From Dehalococcoidales bacterium (GTDB lineage: Bacteria > Chloroflexota > Dehalococcoidia > Dehalococcoidales > RBG-16-60-22): a stretch of 55,499 nt of DNA. The notes beneath the pieces are model-generated. The model had not been told where the DNA came from. It was given only the letters and a program-made list of their open reading frames with translations, and searched no databases. This document shows, in pieces, positions 18,126-28,738 of this stretch; within the stretch, counting starts at the first letter, position 1; each line of letters begins with the position of its first letter. Location: positions 12,879-68,377 of the forward strand of contig DAIQQC010000001.1 of NCBI GenBank assembly GCA_036787005.1, given 5' to 3'. The translations under genes and the position numbers were made by a program.

Positions 18126-19196
18126 ATGTTAAAGGCGAAAAACTCTCCCAAGGCCCAGACGGTGCTGGGTCCAATCGATGCCAGCTCGCTGGGTATTACC
18201 CTTCCTCACGAGCATATTTTCGCCGATGGCAGGAATTTTTTCTTCTCCGAGCCAGCCGACCCAGCCGAAAAAGCATTAGTTTACGCTCCGGTCACACTTG
18301 AAAACCTCGCCTGGGTGCGTGCCCATGCCCTGAGCAACGCGGACTGCCTGCAAATGCCAGGCGAGACGGTGCTGGTTAAAGAACTCCTGGTGTACAAGCA
18401 GGCCGGGGGCAATACCATCGTCGATGTCAGCACCAAACCCTTCGGCGGCGTCAATCCCGTAGGGCTCAAGCGGCTCGCTCAAGCCACCGGCCTTAACATT
18501 ATCATGGGCACTGGCTACTACCGGGGGCTACTGTATGCGCCGGAGGTAACTGCCATGACCGAAGAACAACTCCGGCAAGAAATCGTTCGGGACCTGACGG
18601 TGGGCGTCGGTGATACGGTAGTGCGCGCCGGCATCATCGGCGAGATAGGATTGACACCCACTCTGCGCGAGGATGAGCGCCGTTTGTTGCGCGCCTGTGC
18701 CGAAGCCCAGCGCGAGACGGGGGCTCCCATTACCATACACCCTCCCAGCCCAGACGATAGGCTGATACAGGAGGTATTGCGCATCCTGCGGGAAAACGGC
18801 GGCCGACCAGAAAAGACGGTCATTTGCCATATCGATATCATGGGATTCACGCCGGATACGGTCCGCCGCATCGCTGATACCGGCTGCTTTATCGAGTTCG
18901 ATACCTTCGGACACCTGTTCCCGCCCTTCGTGCTCGGGGAGAGCGTGATGGGCTTCCCGAGCGAGATGCAACGCATCAGTGCCGTGAGACAGCTTATCAG
19001 CGATGGCTACCTGAATCACATTCTCCTCTCCCACGATACCTTTCTTAAGGTGCTGCTGACTTCCTGGGGTGGGTTTGGCTACGGGCATATCTTACGTAAC
19101 ATCGTACCGGTAATGCTTCGGCAGGGCATCACAAAGTCGCAAATTCGAAAAATGATGGTGGAAAATCCCAGCCGTCTTTTATCTTTTATAATATAA
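18126..19196 (+). CDS. phosphotriesterase-family (PTE/PHP-like) hydrolase
   Basis: LGITLPHEHIF is the N-terminal metal motif. TIM-barrel pattern with ...PITIHP..., ...CHID... and LLSHD. The start could also be GTG at 18117. Confidence 0.8.
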   Translation: MLKAKNSPKAQTVLGPIDASSLGITLPHEHIFADGRNFFFSEPADPAEKALVYAPVTLENLAWVRAHALSNADCLQMPGETVLVKELLVYKQAGGNTIVDVSTKPFGGVNPVGLKRLAQATGLNIIMGTGYYRGLLYAPEVTAMTEEQLRQEIVRDLTVGVGDTVVRAGIIGEIGLTPTLREDERRLLRACAEAQRETGAPITIHPPSPDDRLIQEVLRILRENGGRPEKTVICHIDIMGFTPDTVRRIADTGCFIEFDTFGHLFPPFVLGESVMGFPSEMQRISAVRQLISDGYLNHILLSHDTFLKVLLTSWGGFGYGHILRNIVPVMLRQGITKSQIRKMMVENPSRLLSFII

Positions 19197-19246
19197 GGCT
19201 GTTACCGGCAGGTTGCCGGAATCATATTTAAGGAGGAAAAACAGCA

Positions 19247-19678
19247 ATGGGCAAGTATGACAAATATTTCATGACCGAAGCAAATCTCCCAGCGAGCAAA
19301 CAGGAGACCGCCGCTAAGAATGCCGGGATATATACCCATGTAGCTTGGCTCGATACCAATAAGATTCCGGGAGCGTTTTATACAGAGTGTGTCTGGTATT
19401 ATAAGCCCCGTAAAAGCTCTGTTGGTGCCCACACGCATGATTTTGATGAAGTAATCGCGTTTTTCGGCTCCAACCCGGACAATATCCATGACCTAGGGGG
19501 AGAGGTGGAGCTATGGTTGGGTGGTGAAAAGCATATCATCACCAGGAGTTGCCTGGTCTTTGTCCCGAAAGGGATGGAGCACTGCCCTTTATCCTTCAAC
19601 AAGGTTGAACGTCCCATCTTCCACTTTACGGCGGGCACAGGCGGCAAATACATATCGTCAATAGAGAGAGAGGACTGA
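19247..19678 (+). CDS. small cupin-domain protein, uncharacterised family (paralog 2 of 4)
   Basis: MGKYDKYF...GAHTHDFDEVIAFFGSNPDNIHDLGGEVELW...VFVPKGMEHCPLSF. AAGGAGG RBS. Confidence 0.75.
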   Translation: MGKYDKYFMTEANLPASKQETAAKNAGIYTHVAWLDTNKIPGAFYTECVWYYKPRKSSVGAHTHDFDEVIAFFGSNPDNIHDLGGEVELWLGGEKHIITRSCLVFVPKGMEHCPLSFNKVERPIFHFTAGTGGKYISSIERED

Positions 19679-19847
19679 TTTTGTTATTCACCCGGAGATA
19701 ATCAACGGATTAAATTTAATGATTGAAACCGGCAACAAAAAAATACGGCTGATGCGGTCCGATTGCTATGGTTGAGGGAGTCGCTGACAAGTAAGTCCAG
19801 TATTGAAAATGCCGACTTAAACAGTAGCGCCGATACCCTTGGGTACC

Positions 19848-20288
19848 TCAATCAGAGCTACCAACCCCCTTGGCAATATTGGTGCAGATGAATGTTTCGT
19901 AACTCTTGACCCCTATTATGCTGGACAGGATTTTCTTTACTATTCTGTCTATCTCTGCAGTAGAATGGCACCAGATAATAATCATGACATTGAATCTACC
20001 AGCAGTGACAGAAACGAATATGCACTCCGGTATCTCATTGATGATTTTAAGGTTGTTATCCAGCTCCGTATTGTCAACGTTAATACCGATTATTGCCTGC
20101 ATAGGAAAGCCAACCTTGCTTGGCTCTGGCAGGGCAATAATATAAATAATGCCTTCCACGATGAGCCGATGCACTCGGCGCCTGATAGTGGAAGAATCTA
20201 CGTGGAGCTCTTTAGATAACTCCTTACTATTTTTACGGCCATCTTTGACGAGCTGCTCAATTATCTGGTAATCCAACGCATCTATCAT
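19848..20288 (-). CDS. Lrp/AsnC family transcriptional regulator
   Basis: HTH_AsnC N-terminus (LDYQIIEQLVKDGRKNSKELSKELHVDSSTIRRRV) plus an AsnC_trans_reg C-terminus. Confidence 0.9.
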   Translation of the reverse strand: MIDALDYQIIEQLVKDGRKNSKELSKELHVDSSTIRRRVHRLIVEGIIYIIALPEPSKVGFPMQAIIGINVDNTELDNNLKIINEIPECIFVSVTAGRFNVMIIIWCHSTAEIDRIVKKILSSIIGVKSYETFICTNIAKGVGSSD

Positions 20289-20516
20289 CGCTAATACCCT
20301 CTGAAAGAATCACCGTGGTTCCAGCTTAAAAACTGCCTTCTGAACTAGATGCCAACCATTGCAGTTTTATCCTATACTCTCTTATCGTCCAAGTCAATGC
20401 TTTCAAGGATATTGATGGAAAGGGGGCAGGTGGGGTACAATCAGGTACGTCTTAGTAGTTGGCTGGGCTGTCATAGATAAAAATAGTATTCCTAGATAAA
20501 CAATAAGGATAATAGA

Positions 20517-21572
20517 ATGAAAAAGAGAAAAAGACTTGAGATTATCGAATGCAGCTGTACGATGTACGAAATAGGCAAACAGTACGGCTCCGTTCGCCGT
20601 AATAGTCTTATTACTTCAATTAACTCACTTTTTAAAGAATACATTACATTAAATAAAACCAGCAGAGAAGAAATAATCACGACAATGCGGAATTATCTTT
20701 CACTTGTGAAGAGTTTTGACCCTGAGTTGGTGGAGATGCTCCAAGGACAAGCGGAGGGGGCGGGGGTCAGCCTTGAAGAGGTTTTCCTGCTAAGATGCAA
20801 CTTCGAGCTCAGTTTTTATTACCAGCAAATGAAAACCTTCTGTACCTCTTTTGCAGTCACCGGGCAAGCCACCAGAGACGGTAAAACCATCATCGGGCAA
20901 AATTTTGACGCTACCTGCGGCAGGTCAATAGATCTGGTGAAAACAACGCATGTGGATGGGCTGAAACAGCTGTCACTGGTTTTCTGGGGAGCCTGTGAGC
21001 TGGTCTTGAACTCAGCGGGCCTGGGGATGGTCTTAAACGTCATCGTGAGCCCACCGGAGGAACAGTTATTCACTTTACCCGCCTGCTGTGTCATACCCAA
21101 AGCGATGAGACAGAGGCGAATCGGCGATGCGCTAGGGGTTTTCTGCGTAGCCGGGCGTAGCATGATGAATTACTGCCTGGCGAGTAAAGAGGGCGATATT
21201 ATCGGTATCGAAACAAAACCCGATGATTTTAACGTGCTGCAACCCGAAAGGGGCATCCTGGTCCATGCCAACCATTATCACACCGAGCGGTTCAAGAAGG
21301 GTGAACTGGTGTACCTAGGAGCTCCGAGCACCTATATCCGCGAACCACAGATAAAAAGGCTCATTGAAAAGCACTACGGGAACATCACCCTGGAGCAGAT
21401 GATGGAAATCATGTCCAACCATAATAATCATCCCAGGGGTATCTGTAATCATGCCCTGGAGGGGTCTACGGCGGAGACACTGGCTTCCGTAATTATGGTA
21501 CCCGAGGATAATGCGATGTACGTAACGGCCGGGCATCCCTGCAAGTATGAGTATGAAGAATACATATTATAG
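20517..21572 (+). CDS. C45-family peptidase / acyl-CoA:6-APA acyltransferase-like Ntn hydrolase
   Basis: 351 aa. FCTSFAVTG...GQNFD is the Ntn Cys region. It is a paralog of 33593-34654. Confidence 0.75.
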   Translation: MKKRKRLEIIECSCTMYEIGKQYGSVRRNSLITSINSLFKEYITLNKTSREEIITTMRNYLSLVKSFDPELVEMLQGQAEGAGVSLEEVFLLRCNFELSFYYQQMKTFCTSFAVTGQATRDGKTIIGQNFDATCGRSIDLVKTTHVDGLKQLSLVFWGACELVLNSAGLGMVLNVIVSPPEEQLFTLPACCVIPKAMRQRRIGDALGVFCVAGRSMMNYCLASKEGDIIGIETKPDDFNVLQPERGILVHANHYHTERFKKGELVYLGAPSTYIREPQIKRLIEKHYGNITLEQMMEIMSNHNNHPRGICNHALEGSTAETLASVIMVPEDNAMYVTAGHPCKYEYEEYIL

Positions 21573-21699
21573 CAGCTATTCAGGGCGTAAAAACATATCG
21601 ATAACAGAGCGCCGAAGGATTGCACGAAAAGATAGCGCAAATCGGTGAGCGGTAACGGTGAGCAGTAAAAATAAAAAAACGATAGTTAAAATGTACGGA

Positions 21700-22200
21700 C
21701 TACCTGGGGACAGGGAGCGGATTGCGGGGCTTTTCTTCAATTTGAGAGAGGTAGATATAGTTAGCCTTAGGATTAATACTTTTAGCCATATTCATACAGA
21801 TAAACGTCTCGCAGTTTTTTAAGCCCTTCAAGTTGCAAGTAATCTTCTGGACCAGTACGTGAATTTCCGCAGTAGAATGGCACCACAGGATAATCATGAC
21901 ATTGAATCCCCCCACAGTGACCGAAACAAACTTGCATTCCGGGATGGCACAGATAGTCTGAAGGGCGCCATTTAAATCCTTCTTGTCAATATCCAAACCG
22001 ATTATCGCCTGCACGGGGAAACCTGCCTTGAAAAACTCCGGGAGAGCAATAATATGAATCGCCCCGTCTTTGATAAGGTGACTCACTCTCCGCCTTATGG
22101 TTGAAGAATTAACGTTGAGCTTATTAGCCATTACCTTACTGGTAAGGCGCCCATTCTTTATCATTAATGAGATTAATTGACTATCCAGCTCATCTATCAT
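21700..22200 (-). CDS. Lrp/AsnC family transcriptional regulator (paralog)
   Basis: LDSQLISLMIKNGRLTSKVMANKLNVNSSTIRRRV. It shares the FNVMII(I/L)WCHSTAEI block with 19848-20288. Confidence 0.9.
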   Translation of the reverse strand: MIDELDSQLISLMIKNGRLTSKVMANKLNVNSSTIRRRVSHLIKDGAIHIIALPEFFKAGFPVQAIIGLDIDKKDLNGALQTICAIPECKFVSVTVGGFNVMIILWCHSTAEIHVLVQKITCNLKGLKNCETFICMNMAKSINPKANYIYLSQIEEKPRNPLPVPR

Positions 22201-22380
22201 GATAATGACTCCATCTAACCGACAGCTTTAACTAACACCGCCACGAATAATTTCATGTTTAATATTCTGTGTTCGAGCGAGAATAATATATATCACTTTA
22301 AGCCCTTTGTCAACTCTCTTCCGAACTGAGGTTGCCGCATCTTTCCCGAAGCGGTCACCCGTTTTTATCGTCTTACCTCA

Positions 22381-22448
22381 CACATTATGTGCAATCTTGT
22401 TCCCATAATGTTCATTTTTATTGACACTGAAAACATAACTGTTATAAC
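22381..22448 (+). promoter_or_regulatory. operator CACATTATGTGCAAT, N25, TTGACA, N16, TATAAC promoter upstream of the peptide-type ABC operon
   Basis: The motif lies at 22381-22395, TTGACA at 22421-22426 and TATAAC at 22443-22448. The motif and its exact 25-nt spacing match the two promoters at 36.5-36.8 kb. Confidence 0.55.
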
Positions 22449-22654
22449 TTAAAGTAATTTCAATGGCTGGTAAGGCATCTTTGTATTTATAATCCTTTTT
22501 CAGACTCACAGGTAATGGTAAGAGCGAAAGTTTGAAAGGAGTTATATTATCCGGTGAAAGAACAAACAGCAGATAGAAAATCAGCGCGATACCGGTAAAA
22601 GTATTACACTAAAGATAATGTTAAAAGTAAATAAAAACTAAAGGAGGAGTAAAA

Positions 22655-24268
22655 ATGAAAAAACTATTTCTAATCTCGTTAATCTTGGTGATTGCAGTTG
22701 GTTTGATTCTTGGCAGCTGTGCCAAAGAAGCTGCGACGCCAACATCGCCATCCCTGACCCCCTCACCGACATCGAGTCCAACACCATCACCCACCGCTAA
22801 CCAGCCACAATATGGTAGCACGTGGGTCATGCTGTCAGATACAATCCCAGCCAATGTGAACCCCCCGGCCGATGGAGGCACTCTGTCGGCTAGGCATATG
22901 GTTCCCTGCCTAGAGCCATTACTCCGGCTGGACGTAGATGGAACTCTCAAGGGGCATCTGGCGGAATCCTTTGATATTGCCGCCGACGGTAAATCCGTCA
23001 CCTTCCATATACGCGAGGGTGTCCAGTTCCACGATGGTACCCCCTTAAATGCCGAAGCGGTCAAATACAACCTGGAAAAAACCGCGGCGTCAGACCTCTG
23101 GGGCGCTGGCGTTCTGAAAACGGCGGCATCTTACGACATCCTTGGAGAGTATACCCTCCGGGCGAATTTTAGCGCGTACAACTACAACTACATGACCGCG
23201 CTGGCTGGGCTTGTCGGCATGATTGCCTCACCAACAGCTCTACAGAAACCTGCTACAGCCGAAACCATATCCGAGCTCCACATGGTAGGCACCGGGCCTT
23301 TCCTCTACGATAGCTTCAAGGAGAATGACTATGTCAAATATACGAAGAACACGAATTACTGGCAACCCGGCAAGCCCTATCTTGACGCGATTATCATAAG
23401 GACGATCGCCGACCGCACCGTCGCGGCGATGTCCTTCATGGCGGGCGAGGTAGACGAGTTGGCGACAGGACTCCAGCTGGCTACGTCGAATATGCTGGAG
23501 GAACTAGGGTATACTATCAGTCAATACCCGCTGCGGTTCCATTTTGCCATGATGACGGACAGCGCGAACCCGAATTCGCCCTTTGCTGATAAAAGGGTAC
23601 GTGAAGCTCTTCAGTATGGCGTGGACAAGCAGACTCTGGTTGATGGTCTCGGCGGCGGCATCGAGAGAGGGTTTGTCGCTCTGTATCAGATGGCCGAACC
23701 AGGGGACCCGTGGTATTGCCCCGAACTACCCATCCGCGAATATGATCTGGTCAAAGCCAAGCAGCTGCTAACTGATGCTGGCTACCCCGATGGCTTCACG
23801 ACAGTACTTCATTCGGACACCTTTGCGGAGATGAACTTCTTAGAAGCGCTGCAAACCGAGCTTCAAAAGATGGGCATCATTGCCGAACTTGACATTGCGG
23901 ATATGGGGAGGGCATACTCCCTTTGGATGGGCGGTTGGGAAGGCCTGGAGCATCCGGGTTACCCGACCTATGATACCATCCCCGGTGTTAACTCCCGCTG
24001 GGGCGACCCGGCCTTTTGGCCTAGCATGTACGTGCCGGCCGGATGGTATGACATGTGGGCAGCGGTAATGGCCGAGGTTGACGATGCCAAGCGCGTAGAA
24101 CTGATGAAAGACATCGTCAGGCTTGACTATAATGAGTGTCTAACCTTTACCTGGAGAGGGGACGCGCCTTTCGGTGTTAACGACGGAACTTCTCATGGCT
24201 TCGTACTTCACGTCGGTGGTGCCATGGACATCTGGTGGCCGGAAGCCGTTTGGAAAGAAAAGGAATAA
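22655..24268 (+). CDS. ABC transporter substrate-binding lipoprotein, family 5 (peptide/nickel/opine type)
   Basis: Lipobox ILGSC followed by a Pro/Thr/Ser linker. 537-aa SBP_bac_5-like body. AAGGAGG RBS. Confidence 0.85.
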   Translation: MKKLFLISLILVIAVGLILGSCAKEAATPTSPSLTPSPTSSPTPSPTANQPQYGSTWVMLSDTIPANVNPPADGGTLSARHMVPCLEPLLRLDVDGTLKGHLAESFDIAADGKSVTFHIREGVQFHDGTPLNAEAVKYNLEKTAASDLWGAGVLKTAASYDILGEYTLRANFSAYNYNYMTALAGLVGMIASPTALQKPATAETISELHMVGTGPFLYDSFKENDYVKYTKNTNYWQPGKPYLDAIIIRTIADRTVAAMSFMAGEVDELATGLQLATSNMLEELGYTISQYPLRFHFAMMTDSANPNSPFADKRVREALQYGVDKQTLVDGLGGGIERGFVALYQMAEPGDPWYCPELPIREYDLVKAKQLLTDAGYPDGFTTVLHSDTFAEMNFLEALQTELQKMGIIAELDIADMGRAYSLWMGGWEGLEHPGYPTYDTIPGVNSRWGDPAFWPSMYVPAGWYDMWAAVMAEVDDAKRVELMKDIVRLDYNECLTFTWRGDAPFGVNDGTSHGFVLHVGGAMDIWWPEAVWKEKE

Positions 24269-24302
24269 ATAGAGATAGCAAAAGAAAAGGAATATATACA
24301 TA

Positions 24303-24340
24303 CCGGTGGAGGGGCTAAGTACCGGCTGGCTCCTCCACCG
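24303..24340 (+). other. stem-loop between the SBP and permease genes
   Basis: CCGGTGGAGG ... CCTCCACCG is a 9-10 bp GC-rich stem with no U-tract. This is the usual position of partial terminators or stabilisers in ABC operons. Confidence 0.35.
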
Positions 24341-24548
24341 AAGGGAAAGTTTGCAGGTTCGTTCGGATTATCGGCGGGAACGGGCTTTTAATAAAATATA
24401 AGAAATTTTACGGTTAATACAAGACTTGTTTTAGCAAACCAGCTAAAGCAAATCAGGGTTATTTCAGGTTGAGGAATGTAGGTCCCACGAGGGTTGACGA
24501 TACACTGCCTTTTTGAACATGCTGCTAATGACATGCTGGAGGCTTTGA

Positions 24549-25511
24549 ATGGCAGGGTACATGATTCGCCGGGTATTTATGGGTCTCATCGTCATCCTAA
24601 TAGTGACTATTCTGGTATTTCTGCTGATACGGCTTTTGCCGGGCGACCCGCTTTTAATGTATCTGACCCAGCAGCAATTTAGGGATACGCTTTACGACCC
24701 CGCCCAACTGGCACAATTGCAGGAAAGGTTCGGCCTGGACAAACCGCTGCCCATGCAATATATAGACTGGATAGCGGGTATGTTCCGCGGCGATTTTGGA
24801 GAATCAATTAGTCTTCAGGAGCCGGTATCGAAGCTGATTCTTGACCGTTTGCCGGTGACCATACACCTGAGCATCATCGGCGCTGTCTTCGCTACAGTTT
24901 TCGGCATAGGTATCGGGATAATCTGCGCTCTCAGGCGAGGCACATGGTTAGATAATGTGCTTACGTTCCTGGCCAATATCGGCATAACCATACCCAGCTT
25001 CTGGGCAGCCATTATACTCCTTTATATTTTTGGTCTCAAGCTGCACTGGGTGCCCATCGGGGGTTACACCTCACCATTCGAGGACTTCTGGTTAAACACC
25101 CGCCAGATAGTATTGCCTGTTTTTTGTTTGTCGCTCTTTGGCCTGGCGGCGAATGCGCGCCTGACGCGCTCCTGCATGCTCGATGTCATCGCCCAGGACT
25201 ACATTCGCACCGCCTGGGCTAAAGGTTTGAAAGAGCGGGTTATCGTCGTCAGGCATACGATTAAAAACGGCCTGATTCCGTTGATTGCTAATATGGGTTT
25301 CCTGGTCGCCGGCCTGTTTGGCGGCTCGGTGATTATCGAGACTTTGTTTAACATTAACGGCGTCGGCAGGTTACTGACAAGTGCCCTTCTCGGGCAGGAT
25401 TACATGATTGTGCAGGCCAGCACTCTGCTTTTCACCGCATTGATAACATTCTCTAACATCGTAGTGGACATTTCCTACGGCTGGCTTGACCCCAGGATAA
25501 GATATGATTAA
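24549..25511 (+). CDS. ABC transporter permease (DppB/OppB-like)
   Basis: 320-aa BPD_transp_1 protein with the N-terminal pattern (RRVFMGLIVILIVTILVFLLIRLLPGDP). Confidence 0.9.
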   Translation: MAGYMIRRVFMGLIVILIVTILVFLLIRLLPGDPLLMYLTQQQFRDTLYDPAQLAQLQERFGLDKPLPMQYIDWIAGMFRGDFGESISLQEPVSKLILDRLPVTIHLSIIGAVFATVFGIGIGIICALRRGTWLDNVLTFLANIGITIPSFWAAIILLYIFGLKLHWVPIGGYTSPFEDFWLNTRQIVLPVFCLSLFGLAANARLTRSCMLDVIAQDYIRTAWAKGLKERVIVVRHTIKNGLIPLIANMGFLVAGLFGGSVIIETLFNINGVGRLLTSALLGQDYMIVQASTLLFTALITFSNIVVDISYGWLDPRIRYD

Positions 25512-25522
25512 GGAGTTCTGGT

Positions 25523-26437
25523 ATGGCAGATAGTGCAGACTCTGGAACCCCTTTCGGTGACGATGTCGTATTGGAAGTGCCTTTAAAAAAGTACAGCGAA
25601 TTCAGGCGTACTGTCTCTGTATTCTTCGGGCGCCCGTTGCCCGTCGTTGGCCTGGTAATCATTGCTATCTTCATTATCATCATTATTTTCGGCCCCTGGA
25701 TTGCCCGCTATGACCCCCTTGAGACGGATGTCATGAATTCGTTAAGGCACCCCAGCCGCGAGCATCTCCTCGGTACCGACGAACTTGGCCGGGATACGTT
25801 AAGTCGATTGATTTATGGCGCGCGTACTTCGCTGTTCATCGGCATTGTGGTAATTAGTATATCTACAGCTATCGGTGTATTGCTGGGGCTTATTGCGGGG
25901 ACTACCAAGGGAGCAAAACACCATATAATCATGAGAATTACCGACGGACTGATGGCCTTCCCGAGTATCATACTGGCTCTGGTTGTCGCCGGATTGCTCG
26001 GCGGCGGCCTGCAGAATATCATTATAGCTCTGACCGTTGGTATGGTAGCACCAATTATCCGTATCACATGTGGGATGGCCCTTTCTATCAACGAAAATGA
26101 CTATGTTTTAGTCGCACGGGCTATTGGTACGAGTAAGATGCGCATAATGCTGAGTGAAATCTTACCCAACTGCTTTGCCCCAATACTGGTGATGATGACG
26201 ATGGGTATCGGGTCCACCATCTTGGCAGAGGCGGGTTTAAGCTTTCTGGGGGTAGGTATCACCCCACCGACACCGGTCTGGGGCCGCATGGTAAACGACG
26301 GCTATAAATTTCTTCTAACCAATCCCGAGTTGTCCATGGCGCCGGGGCTGGCAGTGATGCTGGTGGTCTTCGGTTTCAACATGATGGGGGATGGCCTTCG
26401 CGATGCACTTGATCCAAGGCTCAGAGGTGTAGTCTAG
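25523..26437 (+). CDS. ABC transporter permease (DppC/OppC-like)
   Basis: 304 aa. HLLGTDELGRDTLSRLIYGAR is the OppC N-terminal signature. Confidence 0.9.
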   Translation: MADSADSGTPFGDDVVLEVPLKKYSEFRRTVSVFFGRPLPVVGLVIIAIFIIIIIFGPWIARYDPLETDVMNSLRHPSREHLLGTDELGRDTLSRLIYGARTSLFIGIVVISISTAIGVLLGLIAGTTKGAKHHIIMRITDGLMAFPSIILALVVAGLLGGGLQNIIIALTVGMVAPIIRITCGMALSINENDYVLVARAIGTSKMRIMLSEILPNCFAPILVMMTMGIGSTILAEAGLSFLGVGITPPTPVWGRMVNDGYKFLLTNPELSMAPGLAVMLVVFGFNMMGDGLRDALDPRLRGVV

Positions 26438-26464
26438 GAAATCCGGATCAATAAGGAAAACGAT

Positions 26465-27457
26465 GTGAACACTCTGTTACAAGTTGAAAATCTCAAGACC
26501 TATTTCCGAACGTATCGGGGGATAGTCAAAGCGGTGGACAATGTTTCCTTTTACGTTAATGATAAAGAAATAATCGGGCTGGTGGGAGAAAGTGGCTGCG
26601 GCAAGTCCGTAACCATGCTCTCCGTGATGCAACTGATTCCCACACCGCCAGGCAAGATAGTCGGCGGGAAGGTTATCTTCGAGGGGCAGGACCTGCTCCA
26701 GTACAAAGCTAAAGGCGACCAGATGAGTTCCATCCGCGGCGGGAAGATAGCCATGGTATTCCAGGAGCCGATGACCTCGCTTAACCCGGTATTAACTATT
26801 TGCCGGCAGTTAACCGAGACGCTGGAACGCCATCTCAGCATGGACACCCATGCGGCGAGGATACGAGCCATCGAACTTCTGAAGCTGGTAGGCATCCCTG
26901 CGGCAGAAAACCGCATCGATGCCTATCCTCACCAGTTTAGCGGAGGCATGCGTCAGAGGGTGATGATTGCCATGGCGCTTTCCTGCAACCCCAGAATCAT
27001 TATCGCTGACGAGCCCACCACCGCCGTGGACGTCACTACACAAGCACAGTTGCTGGAACTTATGAAGGAAATGGTGGACCGATATAACACCTCACTCGTT
27101 ATTGTTACACATAATCTGGGCGTGGTCGCTCAATATGCTCAGAGAATTTATGTCATGTACGCCGGGCATATCGTGGAATCAGGCCTGTCTGATGATATAT
27201 TCGAAAATCCCCGCCACCCGTATACCATCTCCCTACTCAAATGCGTACCCCGGCTGGACGAAACAATAGAAAAAAGGAAACTGATACCTATCAAGGGTTT
27301 GCCCCCTAAGCTTATTGATATGCCGGAATACTGCCCCTTCTTGCCCCGATGCGCATACAAGATTGAAAAATGCAAGACGGGGCCGGTTTCTGTACTGCGA
27401 GAGGTGGGTAATCAGCATTATATATCTTGTTTCGTCGATAGCCAGGAGAAGATATGA
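26465..27457 (+). CDS. ABC transporter ATP-binding protein (DppD/OppD-like)
   Basis: Walker [17 protein letters not shown], and an oligopeptide C-terminal domain (HPYT...CPF..RC). Confidence 0.9.
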   Translation: MNTLLQVENLKTYFRTYRGIVKAVDNVSFYVNDKEIIGLVGESGCGKSVTMLSVMQLIPTPPGKIVGGKVIFEGQDLLQYKAKGDQMSSIRGGKIAMVFQEPMTSLNPVLTICRQLTETLERHLSMDTHAARIRAIELLKLVGIPAAENRIDAYPHQFSGGMRQRVMIAMALSCNPRIIIADEPTTAVDVTTQAQLLELMKEMVDRYNTSLVIVTHNLGVVAQYAQRIYVMYAGHIVESGLSDDIFENPRHPYTISLLKCVPRLDETIEKRKLIPIKGLPPKLIDMPEYCPFLPRCAYKIEKCKTGPVSVLREVGNQHYISCFVDSQEKI

Positions 27458-28440
27458 CAATAGAACAGAACGATTCCGTAGTGCAGGTAAAAAACTTAAA
27501 AATGTATTTTACGATTACCCGAGGGCTCTTACGCCGCAAGGTGGGTGAAATTAAAGCTGTGGACGATGTCAGTTTTATCATCAGGAAGAATGAGACCCTG
27601 GGGCTGGTGGGAGAAAGCGGCTGCGGCAAGACGACCGCAGGCCGCTGTATTTTACGGCTTTATACTCCTACCGCAGGTTCAATTATATTTCTCGGGCATG
27701 ATATATCTACTGTGCCGGAGCACCAAATAAGGCCATTACGTAGCCATATCGGTGTTATTTTTCAAGACCCTTATAGTTCTCTCAATCCCCGGCACTCAGC
27801 AGGCACGATTGCTGGCAGGCCTTTAATCATCCATCAAATGGTCAACAATAAAAGAGAATATGATGGTAGAGTTGCTGAGCTTTTTAAGCTGGTGGGACTT
27901 GACCCCAGCATGATGGACCGCGTTCCTCATGAATTCAGCGGCGGTCAGCGACAGCGCCTGAGCATAGCGCGCGCGCTTGCGTGCAGCCCTTCACTTGTTA
28001 TCTGTGACGAACCTATTTCCGCATTGGACGTATCGATTCAAGCCCAGATAATCAACCTACTTGAAGAGCTGCAGGAAAGACTAGGCTTGGCATACCTCTT
28101 TATCGCCCATGACCTGGCTGTCGTCCAGCATATCTCCGACCGTGTGGCGGTCATGTACCTCGGGCGTATCGTGGAGATATCTAATTCAAGGGAGCTTTAT
28201 AAAAACCCGCTGCATCCGTATACTAAAGCTTTGCTCTCGGCGATACCGATACCTAATCCGCGAATTGAGAGGACACGCCATCGTATTATACTTAAAGGCG
28301 AGGTCCCTAGTCCGGCCAATCCGCCGGGCGGTTGTCATTTCCATCCGCGTTGTGTTCTGGCAACATCCGAATGCGCTCAGGTAAACCCACCCCTTAGAGA
28401 TGTAGGCAACGGTCACGAGGTAGCCTGTACCAGGGTGTAA
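27454..28440 (+). CDS. ABC transporter ATP-binding protein (DppF/OppF-like)
   Basis: Walker [17 protein letters not shown] and a C-terminal HPYT...GCHFHPRC block. It overlaps the upstream gene by 4 nt. Confidence 0.9.
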   Translation: MTIEQNDSVVQVKNLKMYFTITRGLLRRKVGEIKAVDDVSFIIRKNETLGLVGESGCGKTTAGRCILRLYTPTAGSIIFLGHDISTVPEHQIRPLRSHIGVIFQDPYSSLNPRHSAGTIAGRPLIIHQMVNNKREYDGRVAELFKLVGLDPSMMDRVPHEFSGGQRQRLSIARALACSPSLVICDEPISALDVSIQAQIINLLEELQERLGLAYLFIAHDLAVVQHISDRVAVMYLGRIVEISNSRELYKNPLHPYTKALLSAIPIPNPRIERTRHRIILKGEVPSPANPPGGCHFHPRCVLATSECAQVNPPLRDVGNGHEVACTRV

Positions 28441-28738
28441 TATTAAGAGCGAAAGGAGAAATTTCGTCGTCGAACGAAGGAGTGGTACTACTCGGAGGAT
28501 GGTTCATTATTGGCATAATAACCTCGGATAGGCGGGCTCTACCAGGGGAGAATCAGGTAAAGTCTGGTGTTAGCGCCCCTACCATTGGCAGTCTGATACA
28601 CAATTGGTTAAGTGGTATCCTGCCTGTCCATAATCCTTAATAAATCCGATTCGCGATGTTATTTCTACCCTGTTCTGTCCTATCCTGCTTACGGCGGTAT
28701 TACTGATATTAAAAAAATCTTGTTTAAAGGAGCAAACG

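Noticed and set aside
22621-23070. 149-aa minus-strand ORF overlapping the start of the ABC substrate-binding gene
   Set aside because: It lies antisense to a well-supported lipoprotein gene and has no motif or RBS.
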